DNA of 64,000 nt from Ruditapes philippinarum (taxonomy: Eukaryota), in assembly GCF_026571515.1 (NCBI RefSeq), contig NW_026857670.1:1-64000 (forward strand), in the 5' to 3' direction. The translations under genes were made by a program, and so were the position numbers. Below are positions 13,601-28,600 of the stretch, in pieces. The notes under the pieces were generated by a model. The model saw only the letters and a program-made list of their open reading frames with translations. It was not told the DNA's origin and searched no databases. Within the stretch, counting starts at the first letter, position 1, and each line of letters starts with the position of its first letter.

Positions 13601-16600
13601 AATAGTTAAGAAATTGTTTTAGATTATTCCAAAATACTTTGTCAAAATAAACAGTTATACCGTCATTACCGAAAATCAATGACCCCTGGGATGACCACCA
13701 AAGAAACATTGCTGTAAAGTTTAGATGAAATTGACTTAGCGGTTTATGAAGAGATGTCGTTTAAAGAAAAAGTGACGGACGGACGACGGACGGATCGACG
13801 CCAGAAGAATTATGATCACAAAAGGTTACAATGTCACTTTGTGTTAGGTCAACTAAAACCTGCATATTGTAGTAAACACACATATAACAAAATCAATATC
13901 AACAACTCATTATAGTTGCAACACGACACGTGCGTCAAGTATGAATGGTCTCAGGGAGGTATATAGCCTAAATAAAGGGTTTAAAATCAAATCTTGATAT
14001 TTCCCTTGTATGCTGAACTATCAAGCCAAACTGCCACATACATACGATGTTCCGTTTGGACAATCATGATCTTTTAATTCCGTTCTTACCCGCGATTTAC
14101 GATAGTACGATGTTACGATCGTACGATGGTAAAAACGCGATGCCACAACGGTGTAAACGCGATAGTACGATGATTAAAACGCGATGGTACGATGGTGAAA
14201 ACGGGATGTCACGACGGCGAAAACGCGATGGTACGATAATGAAAACGCGATGGCACGCGTTGCCTAGATTGTGAAAACGCGATGGTACGATGGTGAAAAC
14301 ACGATAGTACGATGGTGAAAACACGATGGTGCGATGGTAAAATCGCGAAGTCGCGATGGTCCGATGGTGAAAGCGCGATGTTAAATGATCGCCTTTCAGA
14401 AAGATGTCAGATTCTTAAATGGCAAAGTAAAAACACTAAATAACTAACTACTACCCATGTGAGTACATTGGTGAAGACGCGATGTTACCATGATGAAAAC
14501 TTGATTCAACCATCGAGCAATGGCGTTTTCACCATCGTGGCATCGCGTTTTTACCATCGTTGCACCACATTTTCACCATCGTACCATCGTTTTTACACCA
14601 TCGTACCATCGTGTTTTCACCATCGTACCACCGAGTTTTCATCCTCGTACCATTGCATTTTCACCACCGTACCATCGTGCATCGCGGGTAAGGACGAAAT
14701 AAAAACATCACGACTGTCTAAGGGGAAACCTTTCATACCTGCTTTTCTAATTTTGTTTAAAGAACAAAAAACATCCTTATTTTCCTTATAATGCATGTGT
14801 TCAAAATCTAGACATTATTTTGTTACACTAAAAAGCACCACAAGTGTTGAATTTAATATGGGACATATCATATTATGTTATAATAATAATTTATTTCTTA
14901 ATTCTAGTTTTGTCTTTACATATACACACATATTAAACAGAGATAAAACAGTATAAGTCAAATCATTACATTATTGGGATGTATTTTTTTAGAAGAATAA
15001 TGCATTTATTTACAAAGAAGTATTTTGAATTACAGCCAACATTACATTATCCAATTTATCTGATATTGAAAGAAAAAAGTGAAAGTGAATCTTGAAGTCT
15101 TATTCTACATTTTGGCATAAAAACTGTACACGTAGGAGAGAAAAGCAAATTACATGCATTATTGAACAAAATCACGCATTCGCACATCCTTGTTGCACGC
15201 CTTTTAATATGCCTGACTTGGGATGCCTTGTTGTAAGTATAGCTTAGTTATGACAACGGCCCTGGTACTTTCATCATTAAAAACAACTGTCAAATGCTCT
15301 CCCACTACCATGCGAAAAAACATTTTTGTTACGTAAATCAAATAAAGAAACGCATAATTACCAAATCAGATGTATAATTTAATGCCAAAATAGCGCCAAT
15401 GTATTGTTTCGTAGTTTAACATCTGCAGAAACCCCCGGACATATCAAATCCATACCTTTGATATTATGAATCACGGGTATTTGGGAAGTGTTTGAGCACG
15501 GACCATTACTGTTTTTGTTACAAAGCGAATGGAAATGTTACCTCCTTTACTGAAGTACACCTCAAGTTTTATTTAATTGTAACTGTTATGTGGGTACTAT
15601 TGTAGCTTTTGTTACATTAAAATATTGAATCTGTTTGATGGGTCATCATACCAATCTTTTAAAGAGATATTTTCCTTGTCTGCATCTCATGTTGGGGTAT
15701 GATGAAACAAAAAAATAAACAAAATTATGATTATTCATGAATATGAAAGGACTGTTGTATTTTTGTTTTAAAATCCCTGCAATATATGTTTTCAAGATGA
15801 TTTCGTGTGTTAGAAAGTAATGGTAATCCCAAAAGTAATATACTATTACATGCAGAATTCATTTAGGCAAAGATTGATATATCATTCAGGTATGTTTGAT
15901 TGAGTACCAAAACGTACGTATGATTGATTATCACGTCATTTTACCTAGCCGTGTGATAATTAAGTCGTCGCGATATAATCCCATGCGTGTACATTTGTTT
16001 CTAAGAAACAATTTACTTATCGATTATTTATTTAGTAGATTAAGATAGATAGATAGATAGATATAATTTATTGACGTATACATATTTGTACATAGTCACA
16101 ATAAGAAACATGTAATACATAAATCATAAGTCATGGTACGATCATATTGAAAACAAACATTGTTAAACAAAAGTATATATGGAGAATGTTCTTAAATCCA
16201 TATTTAAACAATACAAAGTTGGCATTACTCTTACTAAAAAAAAAAAATGCAAAAATGACTTTCATATATTTAATATGTAGTGAATCAACGATTAAAATTA
16301 CATGATAAATACCATACTGTCGCTTTTTAATGAGCAAAATTATCATGCGCATACTGGTAAAAATAGTCTTTAAATGGTAATATTAATAAGGTCATATCGA
16401 CGCTTAGTAGCAAAGATGATGTATTTAGCAAGTCCAATTAATTCGGATTTATTTTTTGACTTCAAAAGCTGCAAAAATTTAAACATACTCGGCCTTCTGT
16501 AAAAATATGGCTTAATGAACTCCCTACGTAATGCAGTATAACAATTGCAAATGATAATAAAATGAAATTCATCCTCAATTTCTTGAAGATTACATAATTC

Positions 16601-19600
16601 ATATTTTCTTTCAGAACGTGGATTTCTATTAGGACCATACCTCTCTGCCTCTATCTTTAATTTATGAGAAGATAATCTAATACGAGATAAATTTTGTCTG
16701 TAGGATTTAATGAATAAATTATCAAGATAAAATGCAGGTTCAAATTTGTCAATCAAATGTACATACAAATTAGACAAAAGTGGACTAGATTGAATGTCTG
16801 CATTTACCTTTTGTATAAAACAATCAACTAATCTACGTTTGAATATTTCAACAAACTCTTTTGGGCTGTATTGCAATGGGTTGAGCCATACATCTGTGAA
16901 TCCATATTCATTTAAAATAGAATGAACCTTAGCTGCCCAGGAGTTATATCCATTATCATGAAGACTTATTGATGAATAAAAAGCAGACTTTAAGATATTA
17001 TTATTTGAATGAAGAATATGTAACCAGAATCTTATTATTTGAACATATCTTTGAACATAAAGAGGATATCGGCCTAACTCCGAATAAACTGCTGCAGTAC
17101 ATGTACTGTGTTTTACGCCTAACAATGACTTGCAGAATTTCAAGTGAATCCTTTCTATATCCTTAGATTTTGTAAAACCCCATATTGCACAAGAATAATT
17201 TAGTGTTGAGGAAACAAACGCATCAAAGAGTTGGAGTGAAACGGAAGGGGTCACATCATATTTGTTAATATTACGAAGTAAAACATTTTGGGCTTTCATA
17301 GCTTTTCCTATAGCATACTGATTATGAAGTTGAAAAGACCCCGTATAATTAAAGACTACACCCCAAATATTTGAAGTTATCAACAGTCTCTAATAATGTA
17401 TTATCGTGTGACAATTTTACATTTTCTCTGATGGTTCCCCTCTTCCTAAAAACCATTGTTTTAGTTTTATCTGTGTTGACCTCTAGGCCCCATTTATCAC
17501 AATAAAGCTTTAAATTATTTAGATTCGATTGCAATTCTTCAATTGACTTTCCAAATATGACCATATCGTCGGCAAAAAGTAAAATAATCATACATATATC
17601 ATAAAAAGTGAAACCCTTATCGTTATTACTATCATCATTCCTTAAGTATTGTTCCAGATCTTCCAGAAATAAAGCAAACAAAATCGGTGAATTATTTTGG
17701 CCCTGTCTTAGACCAATAGAAATATCAAAAAAGTCTGACAAAGTATTACAGTGCTTAACACAGGAAGACACCGAAGAGTACATATCTCTAAATATCCTGA
17801 TCAATTTACCATCTAGTCCGAGATTAAAAAGTTTATACCAAAGAGCATTACGATAGATTGAAACGAAGGCTTTTTTAATGTCAATAAAACAACAATAAAG
17901 ACGTAAATTTTGGGATAGTATTCGTTCCACTAAAGAGTGCAAAACAAAAATTGCATCAACGGTGCTTACACCTGAACGAAAACCGAATTGTGCGTCAGAC
18001 TGTATATTGTTATCACGCGCCCAATTTTCAACCCGTTTTGTTAATACCTTTGTAAATAATTTACCAAAATTGCTAATTAATGTTATTCCTCTATAATTAT
18101 TAGGTACCCTCTTATTTCCCTTTTTATATAATGGTACAATGTAACCATAAGACCATACTTTTGGGAAATGACCGGAATTAAATATAGTGTTAAAACAGTC
18201 AGTGATATGACCGATAAGTATGTCGGACGTCTCAATGAAAAACTCATTTAATAAATTATCGGCAGGACATGGTGCCTTATTTCGCTTAAGATCTTTAATT
18301 GCCATTAGTATTTCATTAGACGTAATAGGCGTATTCAGGCATTCAAAAGATGGATTATTTATATTAAAGTCTGTTTCAGAGATAAAACTTTCTACATCTT
18401 CTATACGTGTAGATCTTATATCATTGAACAAGCTAGAAAAATATTCACGAAATTCTTCAGGTTTTACATCGTTTGAACAATTTTCAAGTTTTGGCTTAAA
18501 ATGATTCCAAAATTGCTTTGGTTTTGATTTACGAAGTTCGCATAATTCGCGCGACTTTTTAGTCTTAAACTCTCTTTTTTTCTTGCGCATTAAAAGTTTA
18601 TAAGAACGTTTACGCTCAAAAAGTAATTGTCTGTTATCTATTGATTTGTTTCCATTAAATGAATTAAGCGCTAAAATATACAGTTTCTTTGATTCTACAC
18701 ACTCGCGATCAAACCACTCTTTATTACATGATGTATCATGCATATTGCATGATATCCGCGAATGTTTAAAGTACGGTTCGGCCACTTCTTCAATCAACGA
18801 GGAAAAACCATCAACTAAATTATCAATAGAAAGGCTCTCCGATGTACCGTTACTAAGTAGAAGTGCATTAAACTCGGGAAGCTTTGAAATGATATCACGT
18901 CTAAAGTTTATCTTGTGATCATCTGACCATTTATAAAATGTATACTCCGAGGTATTTTCATAATCATTTATATTTTGACTACTTATCAAAGAATTAATAT
19001 CAATTTCAAAGAAGAGTGGTGCATGGTCACTGTATTCGTTAAACGGTAACAGTTGAAATGTATTAATCCGCTTAAAATCTTTATCATTCAAAACCAAATA
19101 GTCAATTGTACTACATGATCGTTGGTTAAAAAATGTGAACGAACTGGTATCACCAATTCTACCGTTAGCTATTCGCAATGATGTGGACTTACAAAAATCA
19201 AGCATACGAAACCCCCGAGCATTGCATACATTATCTTCTGAGGCCCGTCCTTGAGCAATATCAGGCGTATAAAAATCAAAATCTAGCTGATCATTACAAA
19301 CATAAAAGGAAATAAAATCATTATGGCTACCAACTCGTGAGTTCCAATCCCCAGCAATCATTACTGTTCCTAGCGTTTCAAAATATGATACATCATCAAA
19401 TAATAAATCAAACAAATCATCATTAATTATACCAGCAATAGGGGACTCGTCTGACCAAAGGTAAACTCCACACAAATAAATATCAGTATCAAGTGAAAAA
19501 TAAGAGTGATCAATTTTTAGCCAAACAATTGTGTCATGAGTATTTTTGACAACAGATATACCATTAGTGTAGTTTTCCTTTATATAAATAACTATGCCAC

Positions 19601-22600
19601 CACTATTTCTTCTAGCTCTTCTATGCCTGAACTTTCTATAATAATTATAACAATAGTAACCGTCAATATCTAAAACAGAGTCTTTAGTAGTCCATGATTC
19701 AGAAAGAATAATTATGTCATAACTTTTGATTATTTCAACAAAATTTTGATCAGTTAATTTGTCACTCGATAGCCCATTACAATTCCACACAATAATTTTA
19801 AGTTCATTCTCCGAAACACGTTATCTCTGCTGGGGCTTCCCGTCAATATATAAGGTGTCGTATGCGAGCCAAGCCCGCTTACCCTCGTCACGTGCAGCTT
19901 TAAGTTGGGGGATCAACTTTCGCCTTTTTTCAGCTATTTCAGGAGGGAACTGCTCTTTAATGAAAAAGTTAGTATTTTTCAAGCAGAACCCTTGCTTTCG
20001 CACTTGTTCCCTGTCCTTGAAATTAGCAAATTTGCAAACGATAATTCGATTACGGCGTTTGCTTGGATCTGATTCTTGATATCCGGTTCTATGAGCACGC
20101 TCAATAACTATGTTATCGACTATTTGTTGAGCAATTTTCAGCTTTTCTACCATAAAGTTGCGCACTTTCGGTTCGATATCCGGCTGTCGTTCGTTGATTG
20201 GCTCCTCAATCCCACCAAATATAAGGTTATTACGCATGCTCTGCGATTTTAGGTACGTAAGTTCGTCTTGTATGCCAGTAGCTTGCCTTGTTAAATGCTC
20301 AATTTCAGACCTTTGAGATACGTCATTGAATTCAATATTGTCGATTCTACTTTCACATGTATTGACACGATCTGCAAATTGCTTGCTAAAGTCATCAAGC
20401 TTACACCATATTTTGTTAACTTCATGTTCAAAATTGTCAACCTTTTTTTCTAGTACACTCAGCGTGTCAAGTTTATTTTCCATATTGGTCAACCTATCAG
20501 AGATAGATTTTAACATTCTGAACAAATCAGTATTGGTCGGAGCATCATCTACGGTCGCTGTGTTAGTAGCCATTATTACTGATTTATCTGATGTATCATC
20601 AAAAACAGATGTATCCTCATATAGAATAGAATTAGCTTCACTAAGAATGTTACTAACAGATACTATACTGTCATTCTGATCAGGCCCACTTTCCGGGCCT
20701 CTTACAACTTTGCACTTACTTTTGTTCAAATTTTCTTCTTCATCAGTACTGCTCCCTTTTTTGCGTTTGCTCACTTTTTTATTCCTTTTTGACATTTCTT
20801 ATACATAGTATAATATATAACTCTTCAAACTATTAAACTATTTTCCAAAATATATAGTCCACAATAGTCAAAAATCCAATTTTTATCATAAATATATCAG
20901 AGCCGATAAAAACGCGACCAATTCAAATCACGTGACCATGACCGATTAAGTGTTAATGATAATATCATAGTTTATATATTCATAACCATCATTGATGTTA
21001 TACCATTACTTTTTTACTTTTAAGCGCTTGTAAATGTACGCTAATTGTAAGGGGAAGTGACACTTCCATGCACCACAGTGTATACAATCAAGACCAGCAC
21101 AATTATGCATCAAAGCTGTCAATTTTAATTACTTTAGAACTATTATTATTACTATTATTATTATTATCATCATTATTATTATTATTATCGTTTTTATTTT
21201 TATTTTTATTCAACTGAATACATGTAGCTTGGGCGAAATTTAACATAGATAAAGTAAGAATATCATCATCAATTTTATGATAATCCTGATAAAACATTAA
21301 AGAGCTTTCTACAAGAAAAAATAAACATTTATCAGAAGTGTTGACAGTTCTGAGAATTTTTTAGTTATTCGGAAGTTAGATACATATTCGTTATTTATCT
21401 ATCTAAGAGAATAAATATCTAGTAAGTCTGATAAATGTATGTTGTTTATCGTGTAAACACAGAAACTAAGTAGTTAGTAATATTGTCAACGCCATAATTA
21501 TATAGTTAACTGTTAGCAGAAATATGCCACCATAGTCAAGTCATATTTAATTTTCAACATGTTTTTCTTTATTTGTATCGTAATATCAAAATATAAATGC
21601 AATCTCAAAGGTCATATCAAAATTATTGAACATATGTCGGTCGTGTCATTTAATGTCTAAGTATGTATCTGATCTATATAGAAAAGAAAGACGACGACTA
21701 TGATTGTCCTGGATCGCTCGCTTGAGAACGGTGCTGGAAAGATCGCAACTTTTATTTTGGATGTTAAACTCGGTACTGAAGAAATAATAGGTTTGTCATT
21801 TTTTACCCAAGTTTCCATGCTCTTTGTGTTGTAATTTCATAGCATAGACTTGTTATAAATGTATTGTTCTATTATACAGTGTTTTTAAAATATGTGAACC
21901 ATACGGCAGGGAAATATTTAGCCATAGTGGCATGATTTATCAAACATTTTAGGGAACCATAATGATTATACATGACAGATATCTAATTTGTCTAAATTGT
22001 AGCCAATTTCATATCTATTAAATCAATAAACTTTAAAGGTTTAGATATTTTATTCGTTAATATCAAGTTTTTTGCTATATTTGAAGAAGACATCAAGACA
22101 AGCTTTTTTAATTGGCCGAACGGTTGACGAGGAGAAGGACATTCACAGAGTGCAACCGAAATGGGACTAGTGGCGATTTTTAAAAAAAAATGTTGTTTAT
22201 TTATTTAATTTTTTTGCATAACAAATGGACATCCACCCCTTTATTTTTTGTTCCGGAACTATTTTGTTACATTGTGTTCTATTTACAATTAATTGATGTT
22301 CAGACAGACATCTAGGCAGATGGACAGCCTCAAAGCAGTATAAAATTCTTAAAACTGCCGTGATTATAATCATTATTAAACGGTTTTTCAGTCAATGAAC
22401 AGCAAATTCTGGACTCTTTTTCCTTTGCAAAATATAAGAAACAGAACACAATCCCCTTACCTTTTTGTCCTCGAAATGTTCTATTTCTAAAGACTGTCCT
22501 AATTCAAGACTAAACTCGTCTAGGATATCTTGGATTAAAACAAAAGTAATGTTCTTTGGAGAAGACATTCCAACCAGAATCCCAATACAGCTCAAAATGT

Positions 22601-25600
22601 TGTTATCTTCTACAAGAAATACAGCTGACCCAGACGCGCCGACTGGACTTTCGGGACTGTCGGTATCAAGCGTAATAGTTTTCTCAGAATTAAGGTATCC
22701 AGTCAATAACCTTCCATTAGGACAATGAACTACAATTTTTCTGTTAATGTATGTCTCGGGATTTAGTTTTCTCAGATCACTTGTGCCCCTCATTTTGTAT
22801 GGAAACTTTAATCCTGTAACAATTATATAATTTTTAATTTTGAAAGTACTGACTTTCATAACAAGATAGCCATGATTGCCCTGAAATCGCTCACCTGTAT
22901 ATAGGCCCTTGGGGCAAGGCCAATTTTATACAAGGGGCTTTTATTTGAACAAACTTTATAGACATCCATTAGAAGATGTTTCATGATAAATATCTAAGCT
23001 CTAGCTGTTTGGGATTTTTATAAGAAGATTTTTTCAAGTATTTTCTACACATATATAGGGTAAAACAATGACCCCCCCCCTCCAGGACAGGCCAATTTTG
23101 ATCCAAGGGCTTACATTTGAACAAACTTGGTAGACACACATTTGAAGATATTTCATGCTTAGTATCTAAACTCTAGCTCTTTGGGTTTTTATAAGCAGAT
23201 TTTTTAAGTTTTTACTATATACATAAAGTGAAAAACAATGACACCTGGGGCGGGGCAAATTTTTACCCAATGGCTTTTGGAATTTTGCTTGGAATTAAAT
23301 TCTTTGAACAATTTTCAAAGTTGACTACCAAAAAAACATTCCTGTGAAGTTTGGATGAAATTGGCTTAGCGATTTATGAGGAAATGTTGTTTAAAGTAAA
23401 GGTTTACAGCGGACGGACGCCAGACGATAAGCGATCACAAAAGCTCAACATGTCACTTTGTAACAGGTCAACTAAGGAGTAATTAGTTTGTTATAAGCAC
23501 ATGAAAATTATCTTGTTCTTCATACTTATCAACTATCTTGCTCTTTGTTAAGACTGAGTCCACAACTACCTATATTAGTGCAACCTCTGAAACTACAAAT
23601 GAATAAATATTTGTCATAGTTGTCTATAGCGTTGTTGTTTTTTCTTTTTTTTTCTTTTTTTTTTTGAAAACTTCCAGTCACAGGTTCAAAAACTAGCAAA
23701 GGTGGTTTTTTCTTGAAGCATTTTCATCTTTCTATAAGAAACAAAAATAATTTGTAAGATGTCTTTCAACAACAAACTAAGACTAATGTTTACCTGCTCG
23801 GGACAGATCATCGCTATCTACGTCGATAAATGTGCAATGTTTTGGTATAAACTCATCAGATACTTTCACAAGGGCTGTATCTAATTCCTTTCCAGTTGTT
23901 AAAACCTCTCCACATATATCTTGTTTTTGATCTTCTGTGTCAGGATAATAAACAACTTTCAATCCATTTATTTCAGATCCTGGGAAAAGGTGCCCAGCTG
24001 TTAAAAAGCATATCTCTCCTTGGTCTAGTAAACGGACAAAAGGTCCCACACAACCAAATCTTCCAAGCTCGCTTCCAACGTAACCACCAATTTTGAGGAC
24101 TGTTTTTAAATGCTCTGAAACTAAATTCAAGAATAGTATTATTAAGACGTAGTTCTTATAATTCTACAGATGAAATGAAACAGATTCCAATGGTGCGAAA
24201 GTTTGGAATTCGATGCCATTTAATATCTTTTTTATTTAATTTTACCCATGTGATAGGGTGCTATATCAGTCAAATATATTTCATTTTTTTTTTTAAATAA
24301 ACATGAAATATAAATATGAAAGTGGGCGGAGTCAAAACTCATTTATTTTTAGGGACTTCTTTCGCCATTTGTTTGAAAAATCTGAAAAATACAAAACAAC
24401 TTTTTGTTGAATTTTGTATTGAAATCTAAATGATAGAAAATAGTCTTAGAAAATAAATCCGAACACCAATATATTTAATTCAGTCATTAACGCTGTACAC
24501 ACGTTTAAAGAGTTGTGTACGTGAGGTCACAATGTAGCGCCAAACATCGCGTGCAAAACTGCGCGCTGTACAATTGCAGTTGTGTAGCAAGTAAGGGGGG
24601 TTCGTTACCAATTTTCTTTAATAATAAAACTAAAAAACAAGTTTATTTTTTTCGTTTTTCGTGAAATACGGTATATATTTTCACTCAACATGATAAAATG
24701 CCACATATTTTCACTCGCCGTCGCATAATTTCACTCATTCTCTATATCTTAGTAAAAATAAATATAAATGAAGATCAATAAAGATTTTCTTTTTTATATA
24801 TATCAGATTTGTCGTAACTGTGTCATTATGATATGATACCTATTATCCAATTTTTTTTGTTAAATTGTAAGAATTGAATATTGTATGAAATATATTTCCT
24901 TTTGAAAAGGAGAGTTTGTCAAATCACTTATCACTCAAACTGTTTGAAGTTGTTCAAATTGACTTAATGTAATAGTTGTTGTTGTTTCTTTTTTAATTGT
25001 GAGGAAGGCCACATTTTGAATTGAAATATGCTATTTGTATTTTGTACGATGCTACATCTTATTTCGTGAATTTTAAATTTAAGATATTATTCTTTATTCG
25101 TAATAATAATAATTATGATGAAAACCATATTATCATTATATCCATTATTACTTTTATTGAATCTGTTCACCGGCGAATAACATTACACCAAATATGGATG
25201 AATAAACAACTTGACAAGCTGCAACTTTTAAGCAGCAAATATGATTCAACAATATGCAAAATAGATAAAATAAGAACCCCTATAAAGAAAGTTAAAAAAC
25301 AAATTGAAAATGCTGGCGGCTCAGTTTGAGTGAGCCTGTTCATGGACGGTAAAATCTTCTTTTTTTCAAATTTCTTTAATTAGTATTCACATGCACTTGA
25401 ATAGTGAAACAAATTTGGCAAACAAGTAAAAGAACAACAAATTGCACACAATGAAGTTGGTCCCGAAATTAATATTAGTCAAAGAAAGATAGAAAGAAAG
25501 GAAAAAATGTACAGAATGGCATGTAAAGTCCATATCTAAAGCAAAAACTTTTGAGTAAGCTATGAGCCTGCACTCAGAAAGCATTTAGTTTACTTAGTAT

Positions 25601-28600
25601 TTAGATACTTTTGTGTACCGTTTTAGGTGTCAAGTTGAACAACAACAAGAAGAATTCAATTCAGTAATTATTAATAAACACCTTTTACATGTATGGTGCT
25701 GATTTTATACAACTTTTCTTGTCCCTTTGCATAAGGCAAAGGCGATATCAAAATAGTAACCGCCCGTGCATCCACGCGTCTGTCCAAATTTTGTCAAAAA
25801 CATAATTCCCAAAATAACTTAAGTGAACTATTTTAACTTTATACACTGACAGAGTGAAGAAAGTACACTAAGCAAAACCTGCTTAATCTAATGTTATTCT
25901 CAGTTATCAGATTGTCTTGAAAATCTTTGTCCGAAGCATAACTCGTAAATTACTTGAGTAATTTTCTTCACACTTATTACACTGACAGAGCACATAAATA
26001 ATGAAAGGGCTGCAAGCTCTGTGGTATTTTCTGATCTTTGCAATCTAAATCGTACTGTATATCTGTATGTATTTTCCTGTTATAAGTGTACTTTTATATA
26101 CTATAATTCACCTTGCAGGGCACCGAGATGCAGCGACTGCGTTTAATTTTTTACTATAACAGTTTGATACATATGGAATTTTGCATGACTAGAGTTGCAT
26201 CAAAAAGCATTTATGTTCATTTTTAGGACAACCGCACTTCATTCTTTTATCCTTGCATATCGTGGCTACTTCCTTAAAAAAGACACTTAAAAAGTTGCCT
26301 CGACTGGGATTTGAACCCCAGACCTCTCACACCCTAAACGAGCGCGTTACCCCTGCACCCAGAGAAGTTTAACGAAGACAGTCTGAATATAATCAAATAA
26401 TTCAAATTTTAGAATATCCATGCAGGATTTGTAATCCTTATTAATTTCAAGGATACTTTTTTCACGATATACCTGTTGTTTAACACTAATGTAAACAATT
26501 TAGCGAAAATCTTCTCGCCAAAACAGTCTGACATGTATATATTCCACTACTCGACAGTCAGATTTACAGTTTTTTTAGTGTAATACGCATTGAGGTATTC
26601 GGTAATCGACATTGCTAAAAATAGCATTTTCATTGATTAAAATCATATTCATCGGCGTGAATTTATTGACAATTCTATAAGCCAACGCTACTTTTAAACA
26701 TTGAATGCGTTGAAATTTTTTGATACTTGTAACAAAAAAAAAAACATTTCTTTCTTTTACATCGCTAGTTTTAAGCTGCTTTTAGAAATACTTGTTGTTA
26801 GGTTTCTCGTGAAACTTTTGTGTCTGAGATTGAATATTATGTTAGCATTGTGTTTCCTGATCTCCGATCAGAAAAAACAAAAATTGCAGTGTACCTTGCT
26901 AACATTTAAGTTTTTCTTCTTCGTGAATTCCGAATGTTGAAAACGTGAGTTCACGAAGTTAAAATTGTGACTCATGAAGACGAAATCGGGAATTCATAAA
27001 GTAGAAATTGCCCTACCGGTCTTTCGTCCTTAAGAGATTTTCTTTAAACCTTATACACTGTGCTGTGTAATACAACTTTAAGTATGTTTATAGATTAAAA
27101 AACAAATATGTAGTTCAATGTTACAGTATAAAAATTATCTATTTATGTTCTTAATGCGTAAAAAACATTCACATTTGAGATGTAGTTACTATGTTTATAA
27201 GATTTATTCTATATAACGGTAATCTTTATGAATTTACTATCACATTTTATCATTATAGATGAAATATAATTTATTTAGGTAACTGGTTATTAAAACATAC
27301 AGAGGTTACCGGCGTATTTAGCCTTATTTAAAGGAAGACTTTACTTTTACTAGGACAGTACGATTTTGGCCGTATTAAAAATGAAAGCCCATATTCCCTA
27401 GTTTTATATTCATTTTCTTATTTAAGTTCTAATAAGATCAAATTGTTTAAGTTTTATTCTGAAGAACGTTTAATATTACTTATTGAAATCGATTATTAAT
27501 ATTGTGTGATAAATAGATACACATATTAAATTCTGATATAAAAACAAGATTCGAGTTGACTTTACGACACTCTAATGTTATTCTTGTTTGAGTTTCCGTT
27601 TAGAAAGTGGTGATTACACTACAACTGCTATAACGCTTAGTAAGGACGACTAGTGTGCAAATGGCAATAACACTTCCTTATCTATATTCATAGTTATTTC
27701 CCTTTATCAAATAAACCTAGAGTATTACTCTAAAAGTATTTGAGTGACTTTGTTAAAACTGAATAAACTGACATAAATTAAATACAACTAGAAGGGTTTT
27801 TGTTGCAAAAACATATGTCTCCCAAAACTATGTATTGTCACTCATGTGAAGTTTCATTGAAATCCCACTATAAAAAAATGGTTTGCTAGTAAAATTGCCT
27901 TTTTGACACCAACTAGTCAAAAGCAAAAGTATGTGACAAAAATGCTAATAATTAAAGGTGGCATCTCATTTTCCGATGTTACTGTACTGTGCAGTAGTTC
28001 ACATATGCAAAATGTAAATTATTTTTTATGATTAATATTACAGGACACAAACTTTTTACATAAGTAAAATGTCGCCGAGTTTTTACATTATTTTCCAAGT
28101 GAGTTGTTTTGTCTTCGTTCTTTTCTGTCATTAAAAGAATGAATTAAAAGCGGAACGCAATATTAAAGTAATATTTTATTTATTAACACAATGCGTTATT
28201 ATCGTACAACTTTGCGGCATTATAGAGGTCAGTTATTATTTTTTGAAGTAAATCCAAGTTTGAATATAGCAATCAATTCTACATAACACAAAATATCAGT
28301 CTCAGACGTGAGGTACACATATTACTGATTTGGCATACCATATGGGATTTTTATCATATTTGAATATTGGAAAATGCCGCTTTTATCATTTTCATACAAG
28401 AATTGATAAAACCTTCTTGTTAAAAACCTAATTAGCTTCAATTTTATTATTCTATGTTTGCTAATTGATCATCTATGTCCCTAATTAATGAGAATAATGA
28501 CCCTTTGTCAAAACCGACAGCACATTGTTAACAGCAGCGACAACATATTTCCTCACCAAATTTAACTTTCATTTTCTCAAAGCACCAAACGTTACATGTG

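Larger units (their letters stand above)
16045..20943 (-). mobile_element. Near full-length CR1/L2-group LINE (~4.9 kb) in the last intron, same strand as the host gene
   Basis: ORF1 plus APE-RT ORF2. 3' stem-loop (tgac-tatgtaca/tgtatac-gtca), AATAAA and (TATC)n tail at ~16045-16100. Candidate 7-bp TSD GATTAAG at 16038-16044 and 20944-20950. Confidence 0.92.

Noticed and set aside
14047-14791. Four short ORFs
   Set aside because: They are translations of the 22-bp foldback arrays.
26297-26368. Functional tRNA-Pro gene
   Set aside because: Acceptor and anticodon stems have mismatches; treated as a pseudogene or SINE head.
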